64,000 bases of DNA from Candidatus Micrarchaeia archaeon (GTDB taxonomy: Archaea > Micrarchaeota > Micrarchaeia > Burarchaeales > Fermentimicrarchaeaceae). A program made the translations under genes and the position numbers. This document shows positions 37,560-48,276 of the stretch, piece by piece. Each line of letters opens with the position of its first letter. Position 1 is the stretch's first letter. The notes beneath the pieces were generated by a model. That model did no database searches. It was not told the origin of the DNA and saw only the letters and a list, made by a program, of their open reading frames with translations. The stretch covers positions 36,641-100,640 of the forward strand of contig JAVZHX010000002.1 of the NCBI GenBank assembly GCA_038871515.1, given 5' to 3'.

Positions 37560-38300
37560 ATGAAAAGTTTAAAATTTATCTGCAACGAGCCAGCTGCTCT
37601 GTATAAAAAAACCCTTATTGTTGCGGATTTGCATCTGGGAGTTGAGAGAAGCATGTTTGGGGCAATTCAGATGGACTTCTTTGAAAAAACAAAGGAAAAG
37701 TTACTCAGAATTATGGACGAAACAAACTGCGATGAAGTTGTAATAGTTGGTGATTTGAAGCATGATATACCTGGGATGCCTTACTTTGAAAGGAAGAAGC
37801 TGAAGGGGTTTGTTGACGAGTTGAAGAAGAGAGTAAATGTTGTGATTGTGATGGGAAACCATGATGGCGGGGTAAGGAAAATTGCAGAGGGAGTTGAGGT
37901 GCATGGGGCAGCTGGAGTGATGAGGGATTCTGTTTCATTCACCCATGGGCATGCATGGCCGTCTGAGAGAATGATGAAAGCAGATTGGCTTGTGGTTGCT
38001 CACAACCACCCATGCATTGAGTTTGTTGATAAACTGGGTTACAGGAGAGTTGAAAAAGTTTGGGTTGTTGGAGAGATTGATGAAAGGAAAGTTGAAAAGA
38101 AGTTTAAGGAGTTTAACAGAAAGATGAAGTTTGTTGTTATGCCCGCTTTCAGCGAGCTTGTTGGGGGGATGGTTTTCAATTCTGCAAACAGAAAGCTTCT
38201 CGGCCCTATGTTCAGAAATGAAATGTTTAAATTGGATGAGGCAGAAATAACATTGCTAAGTGGAGTGAAGCTTGGTAAACTGAAGGAGGTGGAAGAATGA
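37560..38300 (+). CDS. metallophosphoesterase (calcineurin-like)
   Basis: ADLHLG, GDLKH, GNHD, HGH, HNHP, MPAFS. Confidence 0.88.
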   Translation: MKSLKFICNEPAALYKKTLIVADLHLGVERSMFGAIQMDFFEKTKEKLLRIMDETNCDEVVIVGDLKHDIPGMPYFERKKLKGFVDELKKRVNVVIVMGNHDGGVRKIAEGVEVHGAAGVMRDSVSFTHGHAWPSERMMKADWLVVAHNHPCIEFVDKLGYRRVEKVWVVGEIDERKVEKKFKEFNRKMKFVVMPAFSELVGGMVFNSANRKLLGPMFRNEMFKLDEAEITLLSGVKLGKLKEVEE

Positions 38301-38524
38301 GAGGCAGGGACAGAATGGTGATATGCGGAGCATGCGGAAGAAGGATACCCAGAAGCAAGGCAGTTAAGTATGAGAGGTCAACTGTTTTCAGCACTGATTT
38401 GAAAACTGCTGATGATGTGAAGTTTATTGAGAGGAGGAAGTTCTACTACTGCCCAAGCTGTGGGAAGAGTTTAGGTATATATGAGAGAAAGAAAAAAATG
38501 GCAATGGCGAAGTATAACAGGTGA
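38297..38524 (+). CDS. rps26e: 30S ribosomal protein S26e-like
   Basis: GR...V.C..CGRRIPRSKAV...YYC.SC...GI. Confidence 0.75.
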   Translation: MRGRDRMVICGACGRRIPRSKAVKYERSTVFSTDLKTADDVKFIERRKFYYCPSCGKSLGIYERKKKMAMAKYNR

Positions 38525-38530
38525 AAGTGA

Positions 38531-39106
38531 ATGCCAAACTGCGTTAATCACCCAGGAAAGGAAGGAATATACAGGTGCGCCAGATGCAAGAGGTATTTTT
38601 GCACAATATGCGTTGAGCTGATAGGTGATAAAGCGTATTGTTATGAATGTTTAAAAGAGATAGTCAGGGAGAGCAGGGAGGAGGCGAGGAAGGGTTTAAC
38701 TTTGAAGCTTGGGGTGGGCAGCGTGCTTGCGCTGCTTATCGCTCTTGCAAGCCTTAGGGATGCAATCCCCTTCTTGCTTTACGTTTACAAAAACTCTGTT
38801 GGTTTTTATGAGCCGTACAGTCCCTATCTAATCCCATACGTGTTTTCCTTCATAATTGGTTTGGTGTTGCTTGCGCTGAGTTTGGGTTTGGCAACAACTA
38901 GCAGATGGGCGTATAGATATGGAATAGCAATAACTTTCATCATTCTCGTTATTAATTTTCTGAAAGCATTTTCAACTGGGATGGCTGATAGGATGCTCGC
39001 CAACCCATATGGCTCGGAAGCTGCTTTCTTTGGGACAATGGTGCTGGGTCCATTTCTGCTTTTTGCGATAGTTCTAATCAGCAGAAAGGAGCTTCTTGGT
39101 TGGTAG
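38531..39106 (+). CDS. B-box-type Zn finger membrane protein
   Basis: C.NHP...C.RC...FC..C...C..C then about 4 TM helices. Confidence 0.75.
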   Translation: MPNCVNHPGKEGIYRCARCKRYFCTICVELIGDKAYCYECLKEIVRESREEARKGLTLKLGVGSVLALLIALASLRDAIPFLLYVYKNSVGFYEPYSPYLIPYVFSFIIGLVLLALSLGLATTSRWAYRYGIAITFIILVINFLKAFSTGMADRMLANPYGSEAAFFGTMVLGPFLLFAIVLISRKELLGW

Positions 39107-40321
39107 TCACTCAAGAAGGTTTTTCTCAATTATGCTTCTCACTTTTGTTGGGGAGTAGATTAGTTTTATGAGTTTGGTATGTCCACGCAAGCCTTTACCG
39201 GATTCAACCGTTGCGATGAGCCCAAGCATCTCAAGCTCCCTGAGGTATTCGCGGTACCATCTGGCGCTTCTCGGCTCCTTTTTGAAATTCTTTGAATCTC
39301 TCACATAGTTTTCGTAAACCTCCCCAGAAAGTAGGTAGTTATCCGTATTCCCAGTCAGCTTGGAATACCTGCCGCCATCCATTGATAAATTTGCAATTGA
39401 GTAAAGGACAATCTGCTGGTGCTGCGGGAGGGTGCTTATCGCCTCTATTGACACATCCTCATCAACTGATTTTCTGGCTGCGATGACATGTTTCTCTGAA
39501 ACAACTCCTGCTCCCTCCTCATCAACTATCTCACCCGCTCTTAAAATAAGTTTCAGCGCATAGCGCGCATCCCCATTATCCTGAGCAGCAATTGCAGCTG
39601 CGAGGTTTATTGCTGATTCATCAACCGTTCCATCAGAAAAACCAAGCTTTACCCGTTGTTCAAGTATTGACTTCAATTGGTTGGACGTGTAAGGTGGAAA
39701 AACCATCTCTGTTTCATAAAGGGTGCTTCTGCTTCTTGGGTCAAGCCTCTCCTTGAAATACAATTTGTTTGAAATTCCAATCAGCGATATTCCTCCACTC
39801 TTCAAATCATCATTCGCTCTTGTGAGGGTGTATATTAAATCATCCAAATCCCTCACCATATCAACTTCATCAAGCACAACCACCATAACAATTCCTTTTG
39901 ACTGCAGAAATTCAAGTATTTTTTCATAGAAGAAGGATAAGCCGTAACCAAGTTTCGCATGTTCAGGTAAATAATCCTTCATTAATTTATGAAAAACTCT
40001 GTAACGTGTGTTGTATATTCTGCAGTTCACATAGCACATCCTTGCTCTCTCGCTTTTCATCTCCTCAAATTTCTCCATCACGTATTTCACAGATGAAGTT
40101 TTCCCCGTTCCAGTTTTGCCGTATATGAAAAGGCTTCTTGGTTTCTCTCCTTTCAAAGCAGGTGAAACAGCGGACATTATCGCGCTTATCTCTTTCTCCC
40201 TATGCGGCAAGGTTGATGGTATGTAATGAGGTGACAGGACGTTTCTGTCTCGGAAGATGCTGCTTCTCGATAGGATATCCTGAAAAGAGCTTAGCAAATG
40301 ACCACCGGCCAGTAAGTTCAC
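39107..40321 (-). CDS. cdc6: Orc1/Cdc6 replication initiator
   Basis: LPHRE, GKTGTGKT, VLDEVD, FPPY, GDAR.A, C-terminal wHTH; exact start uncertain. Confidence 0.95.
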   Translation of the reverse strand: MNLLAGGHLLSSFQDILSRSSIFRDRNVLSPHYIPSTLPHREKEISAIMSAVSPALKGEKPRSLFIYGKTGTGKTSSVKYVMEKFEEMKSERARMCYVNCRIYNTRYRVFHKLMKDYLPEHAKLGYGLSFFYEKILEFLQSKGIVMVVVLDEVDMVRDLDDLIYTLTRANDDLKSGGISLIGISNKLYFKERLDPRSRSTLYETEMVFPPYTSNQLKSILEQRVKLGFSDGTVDESAINLAAAIAAQDNGDARYALKLILRAGEIVDEEGAGVVSEKHVIAARKSVDEDVSIEAISTLPQHQQIVLYSIANLSMDGGRYSKLTGNTDNYLLSGEVYENYVRDSKNFKKEPRSARWYREYLRELEMLGLIATVESGKGLRGHTKLIKLIYSPTKVRSIIEKNLLE

Positions 40322-40451
40322 CCAAACGGTAATAGGTAGTTTTACTGCAAAAGGTTATTAAGGTTTTCGAACTGCTTTGAATGTGCGAGAAGAAAAGTAT
40401 TTAAACTACCTTATCAAAAGTTAAAGTGTTGTATTCAAAAGAGGTGGAAAT

Positions 40452-40820
40452 ATGGGGATACTTCAGAGGTTGTCAAAGGCGCTTGGTATAAGCAAGGATA
40501 TGGATATTGAGGAGTATATAGATACAGCTGAATTGGAGAATGTGGATGTGCTGCACGAGGCAGCGGATTTCTATGTGAAGCCAGTTGCCCTTGAAAGCGA
40601 GGAGGATGTGAAGGTAATTGAGAATGAGCTGAGACAGAGGAATATAATACTTCTGAATGTCTCTCCGATGTCAAGGAATACGCCAAAGCTGAAGACGATT
40701 GTTTCAAACCTGAAAGCATTCTCAATGAAAATTGATGGGGATATAGCGAGAATAGATAACGACAAGATTCTGCTTACTCCCTCAAAAGTGAAAATTGTGA
40801 AGTCAAGAAAGAAAGCTTAG
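40452..40820 (+). CDS. sepF: cell division protein SepF
   Basis: NIILLN...GDIARI...ILLTP..VKI; amphipathic N-terminus. Confidence 0.88.
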   Translation: MGILQRLSKALGISKDMDIEEYIDTAELENVDVLHEAADFYVKPVALESEEDVKVIENELRQRNIILLNVSPMSRNTPKLKTIVSNLKAFSMKIDGDIARIDNDKILLTPSKVKIVKSRKKA

Positions 40821-41526
40821 AATTTTTTATTTTCAAACTTTTTCTCACTCTCTGTAATGCGCATAGTATTGCATTTGCCTCAATTTTTGAAATCAAAGAA
40901 CGTCCAATCACTCTTTTGAAGGATAGTTTTATTTTCTCAGGGCTTCTGAGCTTTGGGGAGAAGTAATCAACTATGCTGTTAAAGCAGCGTATAAGCATCT
41001 CCTTCTCCCTGCCACCTGCTCTCTCTATCATCTCCTCATTCTTCCTCATTGATAATTCATAAAGCACAATTGCAAGCGCGTGGGAAAGGTTAAGAACAGG
41101 GTATTTCTCATCAGCGGGTATGGTTACCAGAAAATCACATCTCTTTATCTCCTGCTTGTTCAACCCGGTGCCCTCTCTTCCAAACAGAACTGCAAACTTC
41201 CCATCAACCTTTTTCATTCTCTCAGCAAACTCTGCTGGTGAAATTGGGTTGCGTATTATGTTTCTGCTTCTGCTTATCACCCCCGTTGTTCCAACAACAA
41301 AGTCGCATCCTGCAAGAGCATCCTCCAAGTGATTCACGAGTTTTGCTTTTTGAAGTAAATGAGTTGCGTGCTTAGCAAACATCCTTGCATTGAACCCAAT
41401 CTCAACTTTGGGGTTTACTATGTAAAGCTCCTCAAACCCAAAGTTTGCCATCACCCGCGCGGCATAACCGATGTTTATCTCATACTCTGGTTCAACAAGC
41501 ACAATTCTTATCCTACTCCTCCTCAT
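40774..41526 (-). CDS. trmJ: TrmJ/SpoU-family tRNA methyltransferase
   Basis: VLVEP...NIG..AR.M.NFG, FGRE..GL, YPVLNLSHA. Confidence 0.88.
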   Translation of the reverse strand: MRRSRIRIVLVEPEYEINIGYAARVMANFGFEELYIVNPKVEIGFNARMFAKHATHLLQKAKLVNHLEDALAGCDFVVGTTGVISRSRNIIRNPISPAEFAERMKKVDGKFAVLFGREGTGLNKQEIKRCDFLVTIPADEKYPVLNLSHALAIVLYELSMRKNEEMIERAGGREKEMLIRCFNSIVDYFSPKLRSPEKIKLSFKRVIGRSLISKIEANAILCALQRVRKSLKIKNSKLSFLTSQFSLLRE

Positions 41527-42292
41527 TTGAAACCTCCTCAAAACTCTCTTTCATTTTTGGGAAGATGGATGTGAAGAAGTATGCTAGGGAGAGAATGAAG
41601 AACACAAAGGAGAGAATGAACCTCGCGGGTTGGAAGTAGACGATTGAGAGTAGGAAAGCGGGGGCAGAGCCGTAAAGCATCACAAGCATAAAATCGTTTG
41701 TTTCATTTCCGTTTAGAATAATGTTTGTTTCAAGAGCAGATGAGAAAGCGCCTATGAGGGTGAGCACATAGCCAAGAGAGATGAAGAAGTTGGAAATTTC
41801 AGCGGAATGTTCAAGCACTCCGAACTGGGTGAAGATAAGGCGAAAGTCGTGCGACTCAGGGTTCTTTTCAATAGATATGATTTCTCCTGTGGGTGTTATA
41901 CCTGTCCCGGAAGGTGCGGCTGCTGTTGACATGTATCCCCCCAGGTAATAGAGAGAGCTTCCGAAAAATGCGAGGAAGATAAACGCAAGAGCATATTTTT
42001 TTCTTACCAACGTGAAGTAAACGATTGGTATTGCTGGAATAAAAAGTTGCATAAGGGGTCCACCACAGCAGATGAGGAATAACGCGGATTTTTCTGAAAG
42101 TTGGAGAGGGGAAACAAGAAGCCAGAGTATTATATGCCCAAGCTCGTGGAAGGTTACTATAAGAAGGGTGAGGGGGTAGTAGAAGGTTTTTGTTATTTCG
42201 TTTGGTATGAGAAGGACTGCTGCTGATGGAAGAGCCATGAAAAGGAATAGAAAACCGGCCGAAGCTTTATACCATCCCTTTATATCGCTCAT
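41513..42292 (-). CDS. M50-like membrane metallopeptidase
   Basis: FHELGH in TM segment, GGPL, HDF; multi-TM. Confidence 0.7.
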   Translation of the reverse strand: MSDIKGWYKASAGFLFLFMALPSAAVLLIPNEITKTFYYPLTLLIVTFHELGHIILWLLVSPLQLSEKSALFLICCGGPLMQLFIPAIPIVYFTLVRKKYALAFIFLAFFGSSLYYLGGYMSTAAAPSGTGITPTGEIISIEKNPESHDFRLIFTQFGVLEHSAEISNFFISLGYVLTLIGAFSSALETNIILNGNETNDFMLVMLYGSAPAFLLSIVYFQPARFILSFVFFILSLAYFFTSIFPKMKESFEEVSNEEE

Positions 42293-42331
42293 CTAGCGTT
42301 TGTATGTATTTGAAATTTAAAATGATGTGTT

Positions 42332-42955
42332 TTAAGGAGAGTAAAAATCATCAATTGTTCTGCATATTCTCTCAGAATCGGCTCCATCCCTCACCACGCA
42401 CGGAGTTTCCTTCGTGAAGTCAACCACCGTTGGGTCTGCTGCATGAAGGCAGCGCCCTCCATCAACAACAACGCTCACAATCTCGGCAAGTTGGGGAGGC
42501 ACCTCGCTGATGCTTTTAGGTGAAATTTCACCTGAAAAATTGGCGGTTGAGGATGCGATTGGAAAGTTGAGCTTCCTCACAAGCGAGAGCACAAACTGGT
42601 GGTATGGGATGCACACCTCAACTGTTTCCCCAGCTATCTCATCCGAAATCCCACTTATTCTGTTGAATATCCCAGTAACTGGACCAGGGAAGAGCTGCTG
42701 AAGGAGAGCAAACGGTATATTATCCGTTCTGCAGTATTTTCTCAGCATCTGAAAGTCAGAAACAACAATTGAGATTGACTCATCTCCTCTTGTGATTTTT
42801 ATCCTTCTCACTGAATTCTCATCAGTTGCGTTTGCTCCAATTCTGTATGTTGTGTCTGTTGGGTAGATTATCATCTCGCCTGCGAGTATTGCTTTGAATG
42901 ATTCATCAAATGCTTTTCCATAGTTTCCCCATGTATCAAGGTTTATGAGATTCAT
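42332..42955 (-). CDS. YrdC/TsaC (Sua5)-family protein with degenerate catalytic motifs
   Basis: YPTDT.Y, PGP.T, ANFSG, VDGG, PTVVD, VRDGA. Confidence 0.8.
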   Translation of the reverse strand: MNLINLDTWGNYGKAFDESFKAILAGEMIIYPTDTTYRIGANATDENSVRRIKITRGDESISIVVSDFQMLRKYCRTDNIPFALLQQLFPGPVTGIFNRISGISDEIAGETVEVCIPYHQFVLSLVRKLNFPIASSTANFSGEISPKSISEVPPQLAEIVSVVVDGGRCLHAADPTVVDFTKETPCVVRDGADSERICRTIDDFYSP

Positions 42956-43949
42956 CTAACTCACGTATCATATCAAGTGCTTTCTCCATATTCTTAACCG
43001 CACTTATTTTTTTATCCATATATGCAATGCTGATATCCAAATCTTTTTTCATCTGATCCTTCATTACCCCTTCTGCAAGCGAGCTGACATACTTTCTTTT
43101 AGATTCAATACTTGCTTCTTCCTCCTCAATTTCCTTTTTGTATTTTATTATTTTTCTCATAATGTTCAGCTCGCAAACATCAACTCCAATTTTCTTTGCA
43201 TTTTCCTCAAGTTCACTTCTTGAAAGAGAGCCCTCCTCAACTTTTAGGAGGAAAGTTATCAGCTCCCGCCTCATCACCCTCTCTTTTTCCAAAAAAGAGG
43301 AGGACAAATCTTTCTCAACTTTGAACCCAAAATCGTCGCATGCTTTTACAAAGTTTTCCGTGCTTGATACTTCAAGAACTTTGCGGACTGCGTCATTTGG
43401 AGGCAAGCCCTCTTTCTCAAGTTTCGTGAGAAGCGCTGCGCAGCGCATCTGCTCCTCACAGTCATTTGAGAATGCTTTCAGAGTGTCATTATCCATCCTA
43501 ACAAAAGCACGTTGAGGAGGAAGAAGAGTTACATTTGTGTTATTCAGAGCTGAGAAGATGATTTTGACTTCTTGGAATTTTGAATCCGGCAGTTTTTTCA
43601 GTTTTGAGTTATCCCTTACCGCTTCTAGTAGAACGGATTCAACAAAGTACGGTTCTCCGTACTGCTTGCACACGTCCCTTGCGAAGTTCCATAAGAAGGC
43701 GAACTCTGCTTTCTTTCCACAGGCATACGCCACGCATTCCGAGCCTTTTATCAGAGTTGCATTTCCATACCCCACGGCTCGGATGCTTCCTCCAGCAGGC
43801 ATATTGAGAGTTAGGGAGTGAAATTTATCTTTTTTTAAACTCAGAAACCCTTCAAGGTAATCCACAATATCCTTGTTTCTTTTGAACGTCTTCTCCTCCC
43901 TTATAATTTCCAACTCTGAGGGTGCGTCTCTGAGAAGCTCTTTCTGCAT
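42936..43949 (-). CDS. orphan protein with C-terminal coiled coil
   Basis: 337-aa ORF, coding bias, upstream TATA; overlaps YrdC start by 20 nt. Confidence 0.65.
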   Translation of the reverse strand: MQKELLRDAPSELEIIREEKTFKRNKDIVDYLEGFLSLKKDKFHSLTLNMPAGGSIRAVGYGNATLIKGSECVAYACGKKAEFAFLWNFARDVCKQYGEPYFVESVLLEAVRDNSKLKKLPDSKFQEVKIIFSALNNTNVTLLPPQRAFVRMDNDTLKAFSNDCEEQMRCAALLTKLEKEGLPPNDAVRKVLEVSSTENFVKACDDFGFKVEKDLSSSFLEKERVMRRELITFLLKVEEGSLSRSELEENAKKIGVDVCELNIMRKIIKYKKEIEEEEASIESKRKYVSSLAEGVMKDQMKKDLDISIAYMDKKISAVKNMEKALDMIRELDESHKP

Positions 43950-44050
43950 GTTTTTTTTATGAATTTTTTTCTATAAAAGCTTATTTTAACGTCATTCAAC
44001 GAACCCATATTCGATAAACTTAAAAAGCTTGTTTTTCACAAGAAGTAAGC

Positions 44051-44731
44051 ATGGAGAAATTCGCGGTGAGAATAGCTGGGGAGATAGCCCTTTCGGATAC
44101 ACCAGGAAAAACGATGAAGAAATGGAGGGAGATATTTGAGATAACTCAGGCAGAGTTAGGCGAGTATCTTAAGATATCGCCTTCTACAATCAGCGATTAC
44201 GAGGCTGACAGAAGGGAGTCGCCAGGTATTAAGGTGATAAGGAGGTTTGTTGATGCGCTTATTGAGATAGATGCTGCTAGAGGGGGACAGATCTCGCAGA
44301 GGTTCAGGGAGGAGAAGGGAAGTGGAATTTTCTTTGAAACGCACGAGTTCGCAACAAGTATAACAGGTGAGAGCTTTGCGAAGATGATAGAGGGGAAGGT
44401 TGTTGTGAATGAGGAGGTGATGCCAGAAAAAAAGTTATATGGGTTCACCCTTCTTGACAGCATAAGAGTGATAATTGAGATGCCGTATAGCGAGTTTCCT
44501 AAGCTTTTTGGGGCAAGCCCGGAAAGAGCTTTTATTTTCACAAAAGTTACAACGGGTAGATCACCAATGGTGGTTGTAAGGGTAAGCCAGATGAAGCCGA
44601 GCGTTGTGGTGCTGCACAGAATAAACACTGTTGACAAGCTTGCTGTCAAAATAGCGCAGAAGGAGAGGATACCGATAGTTACAACAAAGTTGAGTATAAA
44701 TGAGCTGCTTGAGAGGTTGAAAAAGCTGTGA
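44051..44731 (+). CDS. XRE-type HTH transcriptional regulator (conserved archaeal family)
   Basis: [21 protein letters not shown]...[13 protein letters not shown]. Confidence 0.85.
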   Translation: MEKFAVRIAGEIALSDTPGKTMKKWREIFEITQAELGEYLKISPSTISDYEADRRESPGIKVIRRFVDALIEIDAARGGQISQRFREEKGSGIFFETHEFATSITGESFAKMIEGKVVVNEEVMPEKKLYGFTLLDSIRVIIEMPYSEFPKLFGASPERAFIFTKVTTGRSPMVVVRVSQMKPSVVVLHRINTVDKLAVKIAQKERIPIVTTKLSINELLERLKKL

Positions 44732-44735
44732 TTCT

Positions 44736-45776
44736 ATGATTGGAATTGTTGGTTATGGGGTGCATATACCCCGTTATAGGATAAAGGTTGAGGAGATAAG
44801 CAGGGTTTGGGGAGGAGATGGAGAGGAGGTGAAGGATGGGCTTGGGATAATGGAGAAAAGCGTTCCTGGGATGGATGAGGATGCTGCGACGATGGCTGTG
44901 GAGGCGAGCAGGAATGCGGTGAAGTATGCTGAGATAAACCCAAAGCTAATTGATGCGGTTTTTGTTGGCTCTGAATCTCACCCGTATGCAGTGAAGCCAA
45001 CTGCAACGATTGTCGCAGAGGCAGTTGGCGCAACCCCTGATTTGACTGCTGCGGATATGCAGTTTGCCTGCAAAGCTGGGACAACTGCAATTCAGTGCTG
45101 CATGGGAATGTGCAGCTCCGGAATGATAAGGTATGGGTTGGGTGTTGGAACAGATGTTTCGCAGGGAAGGCCTGGGGATGATTTGGAATACAGCGCTGGG
45201 GCAGGCGCTGCTGCGTTCATAATTGGAAGGGAGGGGGTTATTGCTGAGATAGAGGGAACGTATTCCTACACAACAGACACGCCTGATTTTTGGAGAAGGC
45301 CTGGGATGGATTTCCCAAGCCACGGAGGAAGGTTCACTGGTGCGCCTGCGTATTTCAAGCACACAGTAAATGCGTCAAAAGGTTTGATGGAGAAGCTTGG
45401 GTTAAAACCAAGCGATTTTGATTATGCAGTTTTTCACCAGCCAAACGGCAAGTTTCCAGTTCAGGCTGCGAAGATGCTTGGGATTGATATTGAGAAGGTA
45501 AAGCAGGGTTTGCTGACACCTTTGATAGGAAACACGTATTCAGCTGCTTCCCTCATTGGGCTTGCCGCTGTGCTTGATGTTGCAAAGCCTGGAAAGAGGA
45601 TACTGCTCACTTCATTTGGAAGTGGCGCTGGAAGCGATTCTTTCAGCATAGTTGTCACAGACAGAATTCTTGAGAGGAGGGGGAGAGGAAGAACGGTTAT
45701 TCAGTATGTTGGGGATAAGGAGTATGTTGATTATGGAGTGTATGCAAAGCATAAAAGGAAGCTGAAAACTCTTTAG
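44736..45776 (+). CDS. hmgB: hydroxymethylglutaryl-CoA synthase
   Basis: [41 protein letters not shown]. Confidence 0.95.
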   Translation: MIGIVGYGVHIPRYRIKVEEISRVWGGDGEEVKDGLGIMEKSVPGMDEDAATMAVEASRNAVKYAEINPKLIDAVFVGSESHPYAVKPTATIVAEAVGATPDLTAADMQFACKAGTTAIQCCMGMCSSGMIRYGLGVGTDVSQGRPGDDLEYSAGAGAAAFIIGREGVIAEIEGTYSYTTDTPDFWRRPGMDFPSHGGRFTGAPAYFKHTVNASKGLMEKLGLKPSDFDYAVFHQPNGKFPVQAAKMLGIDIEKVKQGLLTPLIGNTYSAASLIGLAAVLDVAKPGKRILLTSFGSGAGSDSFSIVVTDRILERRGRGRTVIQYVGDKEYVDYGVYAKHKRKLKTL

Positions 45777-45784
45777 GTGAATTC

Positions 45785-46948
45785 ATGAGGAGAGTTGCAA
45801 TAGTTGGAGCTGCGATGACAAAGTTTGGGGAGGAGTGGGAGAGAGGTTTTCGTGAGATGATAGCAGAGGCGGGAGTGAAGGCAATTGAGGATGCAAACAT
45901 GTCTGGAAAGGAAATAGACGCAATCTATGGGGGAACGATGGCTGCTGGTAGGTTGATTGGACAGGAGCATATAACTGCATTGATTGCTGATTACATGGGG
46001 CTGAACCCAATACCTGCAACAAGGGTTGAAGCAGCTTGTGCTTCTGGCGGAGTTGCTCTCAGAACAGGTTACCTTGCCGTTGCAAGCGGTTTGCATGATG
46101 TGGTGGTTGTTGGTGGAGTGGAGAAGATGACTGATGTGCCTGTTGGGGATGCGGCAGTTGCGCTTGGCGGGGCAGGGGACCAGGAGTGGGAGCTGTTTAT
46201 GGGAGCTACTTTTCCTGCTTTATACGCGTTGATGGCAAGAAGGCATATGCATGAGTTTGGCACAACAGAGGAGCAGATGGCGATGGTTGCTGTGAAAAAT
46301 CATTACAATGCTTCAAAAAATCCTTATGCTCACTTCCAAAAAAGAATAACTTTAAGAGACGTTATGAAGTCAAGGAAGGTTGCATCTCCTTTGAAGCTTT
46401 TTGACTGCAGCCCAATCACTGACGGAGCTGCAGCTGTTATACTGGCACCTCTTGAGAGAGCTGGCAAGTATACGGATACTCCTGTTGAAATTATTGCGAG
46501 CGCTCAGGCAAGCGATACTTTGGCATTGCACCACAGAAAGTCATTGACAACGTTGAACGCAACTGTGGAAGCGGCAAGGAAAGCGTATGCGATGGCCAAG
46601 TTGAAGCCGAATGATATTGATGTTTGCGAGGTTCATGACTGCTTTACAATTGCCGAAATAATTGCGTATGAGGATTTGGGTTTCTTCAAGAAAGGGAAAG
46701 GAGGAAAGGCAGTTGAGGATGGGGAGACTGCGCTTGATGGGAGAATACCGGTGAACACAAGCGGTGGTTTGAAGGGATGCGGTCACCCTGTTGGCGCAAC
46801 TGGGGTTAAGCAGGCTGTTGAGATAACTTGGCAGCTGAGAGGGGAAGCTAAGGAAAGGCAGGTTAAAGGTGCGGAAGTTGGGTTGACGCATAACGTTGGT
46901 GGAAGTGGAGCAACGTGTGTGATTCATATAATGAGGAGGGTGGACTGA
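45785..46948 (+). CDS. acetoacetyl-CoA thiolase
   Basis: [28 protein letters not shown]. Confidence 0.93.
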   Translation: MRRVAIVGAAMTKFGEEWERGFREMIAEAGVKAIEDANMSGKEIDAIYGGTMAAGRLIGQEHITALIADYMGLNPIPATRVEAACASGGVALRTGYLAVASGLHDVVVVGGVEKMTDVPVGDAAVALGGAGDQEWELFMGATFPALYALMARRHMHEFGTTEEQMAMVAVKNHYNASKNPYAHFQKRITLRDVMKSRKVASPLKLFDCSPITDGAAAVILAPLERAGKYTDTPVEIIASAQASDTLALHHRKSLTTLNATVEAARKAYAMAKLKPNDIDVCEVHDCFTIAEIIAYEDLGFFKKGKGGKAVEDGETALDGRIPVNTSGGLKGCGHPVGATGVKQAVEITWQLRGEAKERQVKGAEVGLTHNVGGSGATCVIHIMRRVD

Positions 46949-46960
46949 GCAGGTGATAAA

Positions 46961-47371
46961 ATGTCTTCGCAGACTGTTGGTTTACCGCTTGCGTGGAGGA
47001 GAATTCCAGAGAGATATGGGTTGATTGGAAGCGAGTGCCAGAACTGCAAAGCAAGGTTTTTCCCAGTCAGGAAGATATGCCCAAGCTGCAGAAGAAAAGG
47101 GAAGGTGAAGGAGGTTAGGTTTTCTGGGAGAGGAAAGATATATTCGTATACTGTTGTTCACTCTCCTCCAACTGGTTTTGAGCTTGATGCTCCTTACATA
47201 ATTGCAATTGTTGAGCTTGAGGAAGGGCCGAAGCTGACAACACAGATTGTTGACTGCAATGTTGAGGATGTGAAAATAGGTGCTCCTGTGAAGATGGTTT
47301 TCAGAAGAATTCAGGAGGAGGGAAAGGAGGGGTTGCTCCACTATGGGTTTAAATTCACCGTAGTTAAGTAA
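46961..47371 (+). CDS. DUF35 Zn-ribbon/OB-fold scaffold of thiolase-HMGS complex
   Basis: CxxC..FFP.R..CPxC, OB fold; canonical triad. Confidence 0.92.
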   Translation: MSSQTVGLPLAWRRIPERYGLIGSECQNCKARFFPVRKICPSCRRKGKVKEVRFSGRGKIYSYTVVHSPPTGFELDAPYIIAIVELEEGPKLTTQIVDCNVEDVKIGAPVKMVFRRIQEEGKEGLLHYGFKFTVVK

Positions 47372-47993
47372 TCACGCAGTAGGTTCTTCTGTAAACTCTT
47401 CTTCCATCCTTCACTCCAAAAAGTTTGTCCGAAATTTTTGGTTTCAGGTTAAGGGAAGCAAGCGCTTCTGCAGCTGCTTTTTTTGAGCCAACATAAAAAT
47501 CAATTCCCTCTTTTGATTCAACGCACCTGCTCACAAAGGTTCTTTTCTCAATCTCACGTATAACTTTGTTTGATAAGTTTCTTGCACGTTCACCCCTTAT
47601 CTGAATGATTGCCTCGTAATAACCGCTTTTCTTTCTGTAGCATTCATCGCAGACAGAGTTTATCTTTTGAATTGAGAATTGCTTTTTAATCTGGAAGTAG
47701 TTTGAATTCCTTTTTATGTTGAATGTTACCTCATAAACTCCTTCCCTCAGCTGCTGAATGTGGAAGCTGTCACAAAATTTCCCAGCGTTTCTTTTCACAA
47801 TTTCGGTGAGAGTTTCCCTGCTCAACTCCGCCCATTTTTTAACTTTCACTTTTCCGCAGAACTTGCAGAAAGGAAGCTCAACCTTTGAGGGAAGAGGTAT
47901 GTTAATTGCTTTGAAGCAGCAATCCTCACAGAACTCGCCGATGAATTTCTTTTTGCTGCTTAATGCACCGCACTTCGGGCAGATTTTCTCCAT
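47364..47993 (-). CDS. NMD3-family protein
   Basis: Four CxxC pairs; GYYEAIIQIR. Confidence 0.85.
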   Translation of the reverse strand: MEKICPKCGALSSKKKFIGEFCEDCCFKAINIPLPSKVELPFCKFCGKVKVKKWAELSRETLTEIVKRNAGKFCDSFHIQQLREGVYEVTFNIKRNSNYFQIKKQFSIQKINSVCDECYRKKSGYYEAIIQIRGERARNLSNKVIREIEKRTFVSRCVESKEGIDFYVGSKKAAAEALASLNLKPKISDKLFGVKDGRRVYRRTYCVIT

Positions 47994-48047
47994 GTGAAAA
48001 ATTGAAAGGCAGAAGGCTTATATTTTTTTGTGAATAAAAAAAGAGTT

Positions 48048-48272
48048 ATGTATGATGAAGAGATAGCCTCCATAAACTCTGAGATGAGGTTCATAACGCT
48101 GGAGCTGATGAAGCTAGCGCAGAAGAAGAAAAAGAGCTTCAGAGAAGTTGCAAGGGAGTTCATAAAAAACGTTTACTGCCTTGAGGGAATGATAAAGGAG
48201 AGTGGAGTGAGGAGCGCTATCAAGAGCCAATCCATCGCTCGCAGAAACGGCAGGGCGAGGACAGATAGGTGA
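48048..48272 (+). CDS. small hypothetical protein
   Basis: Coding bias; SD of next gene overlaps its stop. Confidence 0.6.
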   Translation: MYDEEIASINSEMRFITLELMKLAQKKKKSFREVAREFIKNVYCLEGMIKESGVRSAIKSQSIARRNGRARTDR

Positions 48273-48276
48273 AGCG

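Noticed and set aside
40322..40451. Canonical ORB-type oriC beside cdc6
   Set aside because: No TTCCAnTGGAA/G-string elements; the region is short, and the gene's other end abuts a CDS
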